A stretch of 62,503 bases of DNA, counting the filler, from Catajapyx aquilonaris (taxonomy: Eukaryota): assembly GCA_000934665.2 (NCBI GenBank). It is 2 parts of 2 records of this genome, joined end to end, with 100 filler letters (N's around TTAATTAATTAA, not from the genome) between each part and the next. Parts side by side here need not be neighbours in the genome. Positions count along the whole stretch, not along the records: positions 31,253 to 62,503 come from JYFJ02004583.1; 1 more part is not named here. The stretch is one strand, 5' to 3'. Position numbers and translations under genes: made by a program. The notes under the pieces were generated by a model, which had not been told where the DNA came from, made no database searches, and saw nothing but the letters and a program-made list of their open reading frames with translations. Below, in pieces: positions 48,555-59,672 of this stretch (its first letter is position 1; every line of letters starts with the position of its first letter).

Positions 48555-48912
48555 TCACGTATGTGAACAGTATAACGCATACGTATGAACGTATATACGT
48601 ACTCGTATGCATATACGTATGAACGTATACGTACTCGTATGCATATGCGTAGGAACGCATACATACACGTATGCGTATGCATATACGTATGAACGTATAC
48701 GTACACGTATGCATGTGCATATACGTATGAACGTATACATACACGTATGCGTATGCATAAACGTATGAACGTATACGTACACGTATGCGTATGCATAAAA
48801 GTATGAACGTATAGGTACACGTATGCGTATGCATAAAAGTATGAACGTATAGGTACACGTATGCGTATGCACATACGTATGCGTATGCATATACGTATGA
48901 ACGTATACGTAC
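48555..48912. repeat. Minisatellite, ~38-bp unit, about 9 copies
   Basis: Unit GTATGAACGTATACGTACACGTATGCGTATGCATATAC with variants. Confidence 0.92.
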
Positions 48913-51287
48913 AGTAGAAGTAACAATATTTTTGTTAAAAATCAGTATTTTCACTTGGAGTATCATCACATAATTTACAGTCTGGAAAAGTGTGTTCCAT
49001 TCAGATAAACATGATTCTGATATTTGCCCGGGCCCCGGGAGTTCCAAACCATTTGTCACAGCTAGGCCATTGCATCTGTGCGATCCGAGGAAGCATATTG
49101 TGAGCCTCCAAGTGGGAGTAGGGTTGAAATTGTGTTTTCCTTCCACTTTTCACCTCTCAGGGGCCTGTTTGGATGGGAAGAATATGAAAATCTGGGATCA
49201 CATCTGTTACGCATTGTCACCCACTTCAAAAGAATGAGAGATCGGAGATAGACTCTAGGATTCTAGGCACCTCTCTATGTAAAGTGGCATGTAAAATAAT
49301 GGCAGGTAGTTTTGCTCACTTTACATTGTTTTTGTTTTGATTCTAGCGTCGAAGATGTTTTACTCACTTTGCAAGGTAATAGGATTTGCCAAACGTTGGT
49401 TGACAGGCAGTGAATTTTATCAGCTTGATGAATCTTGAATCTGCCCGTCATATCAAGGCTCTTAAAGTGATTCAACCCGAGTTCTCGTACACAACAATAT
49501 AATACAGGATTTTTTTATTGTCGTAGGTTATTGCTCTTATGTTTAAAAATATATGTAGCGTAGGTTGGAGGTCCTGCCAGGTTTTTTGGTAAAAAGGTGG
49601 AGGTGCCTCACCCTGTGAGGAGATTAGGTCTTGTATCGACCGACCAAGGGGGCAGCTTTGGCCACAAAAAGTGTCAAGGAGCAAGGGGAGGTTCATTCAG
49701 ATTCACGTGAAAGACTTTTAAATCAGGATCGATTTTTCTTTCGGTCACTTTCCTAATGGTCTTTTCATGCACTGAAAACACTATAAGAATGTGCATAAAA
49801 TATTTGGCTAAAATTATTTTGGACGCACTCATAAACACTGCAATAAAGCAACATTATGAACAAAAGTAACAACCTAAAAAATTCAAAAGCTGTCCCATCA
49901 ATAAACATGCGAACTATTACAGCCAGTGTCGTAAAGAGCAGATTTTTTTTGAAGCAATTGACGCTGACATCATTTTGCATGTCGTCTCCTACAGTATTAC
50001 ACTGCTATAAAATACAGCAAAACAAACAAGTTTCCGGGTCATAATACCTGCTGCATGCAAATCGCAGCAGCGTCTGGTTTGTCTAATGATTCTGGTTTAT
50101 TGCACGCCAAAATCACACTGAATTAATTTGTGCCTCACGTGATCTGAATACCATCCTAGATCATTTAACAGGGCGTGTCACCCCCCAAAAAAGTGTCTTA
50201 TCAACTATCTAATAGAAGCCCCCTGATCCACACCTCAATTCAGTCTCAATCAATTATAAAGATGCACGATAACACTTGTAACAAATTATCAGAGTGGCTG
50301 TGAGATATTCACATCACAAATATTTTTAATGAACCCGAGTAAATTTTTTCTAACTCAAAAAAGTGTCTTCTTCTTAAGCAAACATGGTTTAATCTCCCTT
50401 TTCGAGGCGGACCAAACCCAGTGGTTTAATTCCAACCAAAGCGACCCATGCTTGTTCAGGCAGAGTGGAAAATTGGGCAGGCAAAACTCCAGAGAGAGAA
50501 AAGCCGGGGTTTTGGAATAGAACTGCTCATCAGGGAAGCATCATCGAGCCATGTGATCGTCCAGAGCACAATACGACCAGATGCTGGATTAGTCCTGGGT
50601 TCAACTGAGGGAAAAAATTGATCGAGACATTCAAACCAGATCAGAGTTCTGTAACTATATATTTAAAATAATTATGTCTCTCTGAAAACGTTGATTATGG
50701 TAAGCAATGTGTAAATCAAAGAGTGTGGACTAAGATTAATAAGTGTAAAGTCCATCCATCACTCATCCTGCCTGCAAACTGTGAGTTAATAAACGCCAGC
50801 ATTCCTGGTGATGAACGACGCCACGGGTTATCAGCATGGGTCCAGGACTGTGTGACAAAAACTTCAGTACCGGCATACTATGTAATTTTTGTCCCCCCCC
50901 CCACTGTAAACGTCTCAAGTCTCAAGTCGCCATAAACCCATAAATTAACATATCCCCCATTGGACCAACCTGGAACCAAAAACACTTCTCGGGTTTAGCT
51001 GATCGCCATTCCAGCCGTCAGCTTCAAAACCAGGCCATCCAACAAGGGATGACTCCCGAGGTGCTGGGTTGGGCCTTGGAAGGAAGAAAAGGGAAGAAAA
51101 AGAGATTCATGGGTGTGGACCGGTGTTCCGGACACCCCAGCCAGAGTCATTTCTATGCGTGCCAGCAGGCCAGGTTTTTCCAACGGCTATATCCTGGATA
51201 AAAGGTACAGGTCATTGGTCTCGAGTGTCATTGTGTTGGATTAGACATATCGGGCATGGCTAGGCTCACTAGACGGCAGTAGTGTAC

Positions 51288-51531
51288 TACATAGAGCGCC
51301 ATCTATTAGGTTAGGTTAGGTTAGGTTAGGTTAGGTTAGGGTAAGACCTAACCTAACCTTACCTTACCTTACCTAATCTAACCTAACCTAACCTAACCTA
51401 ACCTATCCTAACCTAATAGATGGCGCTCTATGTACAATATATTAGGTTAGGTTAGGTTAGATTAGGTTAGGGTAAGACCTAACCTTACCTTACCTTACCA
51501 AATCTAACCTAACCTAACCTAGGTTAGGTTA
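51288..51531. repeat. Fold-back element with inverted (TTAGG)n/(CCTAA)n arrays, plus partial tandem copy
   Basis: IR TACATAGAGCGCCATCTATTAGG (51288-51310) / CCTAATAGATGGCGCTCTATGTA (51412-51434), arrays inverting at GGTAAGACC; second core at ~51441-51531. Confidence 0.85.
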
Positions 51532-52527
51532 CCATAATATTGGACTAACAGTGTTGCCACCTTAGTTCACTCACCTGCCGGTTGGTCAAACAATGTTTTT
51601 GTTCAATTACAATATAGCGCGGGGTTGATTAGCGTAATGGAAGGCTGGGTATGGGGACTAATTCCCTTTTCTCATTTAGTCAGGCGGAGAAGTGCACAAT
51701 TAGTTGCCGCCTCGACATCCGCAGCCCACCCAATTTCTCTTTGGAAGACACACACAAAAAAAGGTTAGATCCCGAAGAAAATTCGGGGGGGCTGTCCGAC
51801 TGAGTAAATTCTTCATTTGGAAGGGCTTTGTTTCGGAAACTTTGGCCCACCCAATTTGGAAGGGGAAAAAAATCTGAGAAGTGTTTATCGCAATATCTGC
51901 AATTTTCTGAAATAAACACTGTAAATATAATTTTTCTAACAATATGGCGCTCTTGACACATGCAAAATACCTCTTTTTCCCTATTCTGCAAAAAAAGCCC
52001 TTCCTTCAGAAAAGAACACGGTGGCGCCATCAAGATTCGCACTCGCGAAACTTTTGGCGAAATTTTAGCCTCCAGATTTATTGATTGACGGTCGAATAGC
52101 CAGTCACGTTTCTTCAACCAGCTTGGATTGCTAGGGATGGGACAAGATTTAATTACAGAAGAAATAATAGGATGTCCCCCATGGGCTAGTAGCAGTTATT
52201 TTCACGGTCACCAAGCGCATGCCAAGATGAGGTTGTCGAGCAACTTTGAAGGCGTCGTTTTTGTCGCTCGCCGCCTTGTTAATGTCGAGCAGGAGACGGT
52301 TTAAAACCTTTTAATCTCCTATTTTATTGTAGTTCTTACAGTCCCACTGTCTCATCATGTGCGTTGGGACAGTCCTGATTAAAATTTGTTGGCTCAAATG
52401 TTCAGATGGCGCCAGGATGGTTTTTAAGGAATGCTCGACTCATTGTTGTTTGAGTTAGGCAGGGTTGGTTGACATGTTATTTGACGAATTGAACTGTACA
52501 CTGTAAACAGTGCTGGACATTAATTCC

Positions 52528-52621
52528 GTCACACTGCTAGCGACATTTTTCGATGCGGCAGACGCGTACATCGATGTGATAGAATGCGAGCCGTGCGACT
52601 GAGAAATGGTAGCCCTTGGGT
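52528..52621. mobile_element. Family A MITE, single arm
   Basis: CTGCTAGCGACATTTTTCGATGCGGCAGAC...AAATGGTAGCCCTTGGG shared with the other copies. Confidence 0.7.
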
Positions 52622-54425
52622 CAAATTATTTTTAAAAAATCGAAACAATTTCAAGATGCAAACAGGTATACTCGTGCTCAAATTAATTTCGAGAGTACTT
52701 CTGACACTGATAGTGTTTGAATAGCATGTTGGGTTGGCTGGGTATTGTCGTTGTGTGAGCAGAGGTTATGGCATGTGCAAACAATGACTTGTGAGTGAAG
52801 GCTTTTTGCATGTAGGCAAAGTGCAAAGCTCGAAGGTGAGTTAGCAGAATCGAAGGCAGGTGCTAAACACCAGCGCACGTCACGCTACCTTCTCGGTGAT
52901 GAATGGTCATTGGCAGCCAAAGTAGACAGGTCCAGGAAGTGTGGGGTCAAAGGTCAAAATGATCCTTGGGGAATAATTCTGTAGCCATTTTCAGGCTTGA
53001 TCTGTTCACAGACATCAACAGGCAACAGTATGACCAATATTCGTATTGCTAATTTTTGTGTCAAAATAATTTTTGCTACATTGCACATGTTGAGACATAT
53101 TCGGTACAACAGTTTGTCGCCTATCATCAGAACATGTCCATACAAAGGAGGTGTGTCTTTTCATTCCAATTCATATGCCAATCACTGAGACATGTGAGTT
53201 ACACATGTAACGTCCATATTGCAAAAAATGTCTTTGTACCCATTTAATAAATAATTGTACAAAATATTAGTAGATAAATTTCGATTGGGGGGTTAGATTA
53301 TGGACATTTGGATAAAAATCTGTCCGTTAGAAGCGAGTGCCAAAAGCATCCGAGAATTTCAAGTGGGGAATAAACGGAAATAAATTAGAAGATTTATTAC
53401 CATATCGTGCTTTCAACCATGAAGCGATAACAGGTTGCTTCCCAGGGTAATATAGCTCTCACTCTTCATTTTCGCACTTTTTCCTCCCTCAAAAATCTAA
53501 TTAGATCATCAAGAATTGGGCACAAGTTTTCTCATTTGCTTGTTAAATTTGGTGTATTAGAAAACATGAGAAGGCCACATTTTTGAGAAGTTATGTACTG
53601 ATTTATTGATGAGATTTTAGCTTAAATATTATGCTTGCAGGATGTGGTATATTCAAGGCAGAACTCTTGTAAGATGTCGTCTTTGCAATTACAAGCGTGC
53701 CCATTGTTTTAATTAACTGCACCGAATTCCGGGTCTGGAATAGGAAAGCAGCACAAGGCGCGTGCAACAATGAAAATCTATTTGACATGTACTTGTAATA
53801 CAAATTGCCTGGAATAATTAGGAAACTGACTAGCACACATGTTCACAGCATGACATCCATACCACCTGCTAATATTACACCGCAACCGATTTTTTTTACA
53901 TATTCAATTTCACGTTTTCTGAAAATGATATATTCTTTATTTAATTATTGTCGAGTAAAAATGAGCTTAGGAAGCAGGAATACCACAGCTTGGCGTGCGA
54001 TCCCACGCTGTGATGGCCAGACTTTCTGATTATAATACATTGTACCCAGGGCCAGTAATTGCATGGGGATGAGAAAGCAAACTAGCTGCAAATTTAATCA
54101 ACGGTGAGAACAATCGACACCTGACTCCTAGGGAAAACCCCCTGAATTATTTTAAGAGACCGAACCGAGGATAATACCTGGCATAACAAACGAGGTGTCA
54201 TTGTGTATGGGAGCGGCTAGGTGAATGGACGTCTAACTACAGGTAATAAGCTGATACCCGCATGACATTTTAGGTTGGGCAACAATATGGCTTCGGGGGG
54301 TTTGTTGGGCGGTTGCATTGTGGAGCTCAATTAGTAACGCCCATTGATTGACGGCAACAATCACAAAGCTGCTATGTTTGACTGGCAATCGATTTTACTG
54401 GGGCAACTCAGATCTGTAACAATTG

Positions 54426-54790
54426 TGTCATACTGCTAGCGACATTTTCCGATGGGGCATACGTGCAAATCGAAGCCGTGCGAGTAAGAAATGGTAGCCC
54501 TTGGGTGACGTCACTGGCTGGGGACAAGCCTTTCTTCCATTGCCCCATAGCCGGTGACAGGGGCGGATCCCTGTTCTATGGGTTATTTTCCTTTTTGCCA
54601 CAAATTTGGGGTCGCGAGGAAGGGTTGTGACCTTGAACCGAAAAAATTTTCGCCTGCGGCGGGCCCTGCGCCCCCCTAGAAAAACTGGCTGGATCCGCCG
54701 ACGTCACTCAAGGCCTACCTTTTCTTACTCGCATGGCTCACACTCCGATTTGAACTTCTGCCACATCAAAAAATGTCGCAAGCAGTATGA
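54426..54790. mobile_element. Family A MITE copy 2 carrying a nested MITE
   Basis: Same arms as 33302-33534, with the centre in the opposite orientation; interrupted within GGTGACGTCAC. Confidence 0.75.
54559..54699. mobile_element. Nested MITE with GGCGGATCC inverted ends (Harbinger-like)
   Basis: AGGGGCGGATCC...GGATCCGCC flanked by GAC on both sides; right end shortened. Confidence 0.6.
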
Positions 54791-56685
54791 TTAGTGTCCA
54801 ACACTTAACTTGACCTATATATAGTGGATTTTTAAAATTATGAAAACTGCTACATTCACATGCTGGTTGACATACTCTGCAGTCTGCCACAGATGGCGCG
54901 CTTTTACCAGGCTTTTACCCATGAACGGAAGGTGAATCCATCCATTAGTCAGTTTTTATACGGCAATGTTGGACAAAATGTCCATTACAAAATTTTACAC
55001 GCGCCTAAAAGCGTTACTTTCTGAGTCCTAACAGCACGTTTCCTGGGCGGGAACTCATAATGATCCAAACTTTTCTTAATAAAAAAAGTGCTGGAAATAG
55101 AGTAAACATGTGAATGATGTTCCAGCAGCTGAAGTAAACTGGCCGTGATGCTTGTACGGACCGAAAGATTACAGTCTTTTGAAGTAAGGAGAAGGAGATA
55201 ATCGAACTATCCTTCCCCCTAACATCGATTCTCAATCCTACAAAAGCGGGGGGAAAAAAGATTCAAGAACTTCCACAATGCGGCTCAGACCCTGGGAAAA
55301 TCTATTGCAACCTCTTGTAAACAGAATTTAAACCTCCCCTGCATTCATTTGGGATAAGCCAGGAAGTTTCTATTCAAGAAAGTTAGAACCGAGCCTAGAA
55401 ATGATCCTTCCAGAAAAAAACGTAACTGCTTATTTTTTTGCTATATAGCCTACAGTAGTTACATAGTTTCATAATAATGATAAATGTTGGAATAATTTTT
55501 GTGTTCATTTATATGGAAAAGTTAAAACCCAGTTTATAGTCCAAATGAATACGTTTTCACGGAAATAACAGACGATTAAAATTCCAAGATGTCTCTCTGC
55601 ATCTGATTTGCATATGTAAAACCGACTCCTATTTCTTCTCTCGTCACTTTGCTATTTCAGGCGAAGAACTTTAGGTCCAAAAGGTAAAACAGGGTGTAGG
55701 CAATGCATATTGCAGTAGTCCAGTGGCTCGCTTGGAATTTTCGAATGGGGAACACTGCTTGTCTACACGGTAATCCATTACAAGCTGACAGTAACTGTTT
55801 GGAGGATTGGGAATGGCCACTGAATGCCAAGTAACTTAGGGTGTGATCTCAGCCAATTGTGCTCACAACTAGTGGCTCGTAATAACAAGTTTGGCAAACT
55901 TTTGTCAGACTCGAATGCATATTGCAGCAGTGGATCCAAAATGGCGTCACAACAAGTACTGGGGGTGTCAAAAATTGCAGTCTCGCACATTTTCTCCAGC
56001 TAAAAAGTGGCCGGACGTCCTCTTCCTCGATTGCACCGAAATGCTACTGAATCATCTAAAAAGCTTTGTCCATCTTCCCTTATTTTTTTGGGGTGGGTCC
56101 TTCCGGGTCCTTCCGTCCTTATGCCACATACATCCTCATCAGAGCGTCAAATTTGGAGTCGTTTAGCTGACTAAAGTTGAGAAAACAGTTGAGTTGGAAA
56201 ACGTAAAGAAGAGGATGGTCAAGCGGGCTTCCGGACCATCCAAAAAGAAGAGGACGACGACAGGAAGCTCGCACGGAAACGACGGTAAAGAGATGGTGAA
56301 ACAGTCTACGTGGCAGCACCGTCTTGACGCACTTAACCAGTAGTTTGTCAACAAGCAAGGCAGTCAAGAGAAGGGACAAACTTTTGGCTGACATCGACCC
56401 ATCTTGGCGTCTCCGTCTCACATCGGACGTCATCCATGTCACTCTCTCAGAGCCTGTGGGTATGTGCCAGAAGCGCATGAGAAACTTGCAGGGGGCGGAA
56501 ATATCAAAAGACGGGAATGCATTAAAGTAGAGGGAAAAGGATGCGATGCATAATTTAAGCTCAACTTTACCCGTTTACTTACAATAAGGAGGTGCTATAA
56601 AATTTCGAAGGTTCAATAGGACAGTGGATAAATTGCTGAATGTTATGGGTATGAGACAACGAGTAATGAATTTGCCTTGCATTGA

Positions 56686-56820
56686 AGGGTAAGACCTTAT
56701 ACGGTAAGGTAAGACCTTATACGGTAAAGGTAGACGGTAAGGTAAGACCTTATACGGTAAAGGTAGACTGTAAGGTAATACCTTATACGGTAAAGGTAGA
56801 CGGTAAGGCAAGACCTTATA
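56686..56820. repeat. 33-bp tandem repeat, about 4 copies
   Basis: GGTAAGACCTTATACGGTAAAGGTAGACGGTAA. Confidence 0.9.
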
Positions 56821-58099
56821 CTCGTAAATCGTAATATAATGACGGTGGGGATCTGAGTTCAAAATTTTGAAGCTTTACCTGCAGAAAAATTTGAGTTATG
56901 GCAAATAAAAAAACGTAGGAAGAAGACGAAGTTGGAAAATATTAATTGTTGAAATACCCTAAGGTCTTACTAAGGGGCTACCGGCCCTAAAATACATTAT
57001 GTGTACGGTATGTCATTTCCTTATCAAAACCAGGCTATCTTCAGAAACATGTATCAGCTACGTGTATATCAAAAAATATTTTTGATAAAGCCATGTGTTG
57101 TAAGGTTATTTGAATAACTATTAAAAATAACTCAAGTGTTGATTATTTGGCTTCAATTTTTTTACATGCAATATGTACTACAATAACTTTATGAGTAGGA
57201 AATTTCTGATAGTATACATTTGTGATCCATGGTATCAACTTATGCCACGAACAAGAGCGTAGACTATCATACCCCTGGACCCACCTCAATATTTCAACTG
57301 CTCCATAATTCACAATTTAGTCCATGAAACACCCGTGAAGTGTTCCGGAGGAAAAGGAAAAAAAAAGTTAGAGACAAATCCGATTCGTATTTCAAGCCTC
57401 ATCTCAGCCCAAAGCTCCTCCTCCACACTGCCGAAAGTATCAGAATGAAACATCTCTAAAAGTCGCCGTCTCCGCCTCTTTTCCCCGCGTAATCCCCCCC
57501 ATTCCCTCCCTTCTCCCTCGCCCACGCCTTCCCCCCCCCCTCTTTAGCGATTCCCTGCCCTCAAAAACGCGACTCCACAATTTTTCGCAGCCAGTGGCTC
57601 CTTGGAACCTTTAGCAAAGACATCCCTATGCCAGGCGATGTGACAGTGTCGGTGACAGTGTCGGTGACCAAAGATTTGCATATGTGGGACTGTGTACTGT
57701 CTCCAAACCGCTACTGAGGTGTTCGGATAATCTGATACCGGTCTTCGGATAATCTGATACCACCACGAATATCAGACCAACTTTGTTAACGTCACTTTAG
57801 TGCAAACGAGCCATTGTGACATCATATACAATGTCAATTGTCCTGTTGCGATTTCAGTGAGTAATTGAGTCCGGGTCATTGGGTAAGGTTACTCCGGAGT
57901 GGGGTGTAAGAAAGTGGTGGGGAGGAAGGAGGCTGGAGCAACAGTCATCCATCCAGCAGGAGCCAACCGGGGCTCTGATCCGCCGCCAGTCGAGCCTGAG
58001 CCAGTGGACGTTGAGGTTGGTCCTCAATGTGTTGTCCGGTAGTTTCGGTAGTGTCCGGATCGGGTGGATGAAGTGGTGGTGGGGAAAGGAAGGGGAGAC

Positions 58100-58283
58100 A
58101 TGGAGGGGGAAGAGGAAGATGGACACCATTGTCGTCAGGATGTGGTCAAGATGGTCAGAAGCAGGAGTTGGCCATGTTTGGGACACCAGCAGGAAGGAGT
58201 GTCCCAGGAAGAGATGGTGGAGGACGATTATGTCACGGTGGCTGTGGAAAAGACTAGTGGCATCTTCGAGTTTCAGACCGCAA
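58100..58283 (+). CDS. Probable first coding exon of the SLC16/MCT-like gene
   Basis: ATG in GACATGG context; MEGEEEDGHHCRQDVVKMVRSRSWPCLG...FEFQTA; GTAAGG donor at 58284, phase 1, compatible with the acceptor before 59130. Confidence 0.5.
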
Positions 58284-59129
58284 GTAAGGGACATGCTGGG
58301 TCATTTGACTCCTAACACTCCGGACAGTACATCAACCTGCTGCTGCTTGCATTATTGGGCAGCTACAAATTATTTTTTCAGTTGACTAGCCCGGTGGCAA
58401 TGCACATGATTCGGGTATGGCAACAGTACGTATAGGGATTTTGGACTGTGGCCATCAATGTGTCCAACCGGTTGATAGTAATGGACAGGTGAGCTCCAAA
58501 ATTATTGTTGGTAAAAATAATTTTCAGTGAATCCCGCCCATTGTTATCAATATGGACACACCTCTGCATGGCAAATCAATGCTAAATATCACTCAGCCAA
58601 TTGCAAAAATCCGCAATACCTTCCAATCCCTCGTTGTTGTAAACGTAATCTGTTCGGACGCGCTCTACTCGTCCAAATAAGCACTTTGAATGCTACTTTA
58701 CCCCCCTGGGTAATATATCAGAGTCAATAATATAGTGGCCTGACAAGCCCAAGCTGACTGTGCACACTGGGACCCAAGCCTAAATGCTACACTACCCAGC
58801 TTCTGGACCACGTCCAACCGAAACCCATCTTTTTCCTATCACGTCCCAATAAATCTGCAGAAATGCGCAATTTGGAACGGAAATGGCCACGTCCGGAGTA
58901 ACACGGAGTCAAATACCAAGCCTTGTTAGTATAGACCGTCTACGTTGAGGTTGAAACGGAAGTGATGGCGGAAGTTCAGCGAAAAACAATCGACGGTTGT
59001 GTAGGTTTTCTCGGGATTGTCCCGTTTGCACGCGTCCCGTTTGCTCGCGTCCCGTTTACACAACTGGTTGCTGAACTTCCGCTGCTACCTAGACGTAGAC
59101 GGTCTATACCCTTCCTTGACTGTCAAAAG

Positions 59130-59672
59130 GACGTGAGGGTCGTCGAATCAAGCACCACCGTCGGTCAGCACACCTGGATGAGGATGACCACCCGATGTCT
59201 CCGTGCTCTCCGACCACCGATGACCCTTCTTCGTCCATGTCGACGTGGGCAGGCCCCAGTGCGGACCCCAGCAGCGACAGCGGTGTCCACGACAGCATGT
59301 CCAACAGCACCAAGTCCCCTGGAGCATCGGTGTCGACTGGGGCTGCCATGGTGGTTGTGGTGGCCACCTCTGCCCCAGGTCAGGTCACGGAAGAGAGCAG
59401 CAGCATGGACAACTCCATTCCTCTGCATCCTGGGACACCTTTGGGTGACCCGGAGGCCCCTGTCCTGCAGCATCATCACCATGGAGGAAACAAGTGCTTC
59501 AGTGTGAGTGTACGGTTATGGCAACACTACTATCCAGAAGGTGATTGGGGCTGGGTCGTGGTAGCCTGCACTGTCTTAGCACAACTCATCAGTCACGGGT
59601 TGCAGCTCAGCTGGGGGGTCATGGTCACTCCTTTGGACAACAAGTTCGGACACAGGACTGCATACTCAGCAG
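59130..59672 (+). CDS. Monocarboxylate transporter (SLC16/MFS)-like protein, exon with Ser-rich N-terminus and TM1
   Basis: QHYYPEGDWGWVVVACTVLAQLISHGLQLSWG matches the SLC16 P-[DE]-G-G-W-G-W motif and first TM helix; AG acceptor 59128-59129 and GT donor 59673. Later exons not identified in this window. Confidence 0.85.

Noticed and set aside
48555..48912. CRISPR-like array
   Set aside because: Contiguous tandem units with no unique spacers; eukaryotic context; no cas genes.
48493..49146. ORFs of 114-217 aa with YVYAY/HTHT repeats
   Set aside because: Translations of the minisatellite; open in several frames because the unit lacks stops.
56167..56530. Possible upstream exon of the transporter gene
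   Set aside because: No continuous frame or compatible donor identified.
57879..58385. 168-aa Trp-rich ORF
   Set aside because: Alternative frame over a purine-rich exon; the 58100 frame fits the splice phase better.
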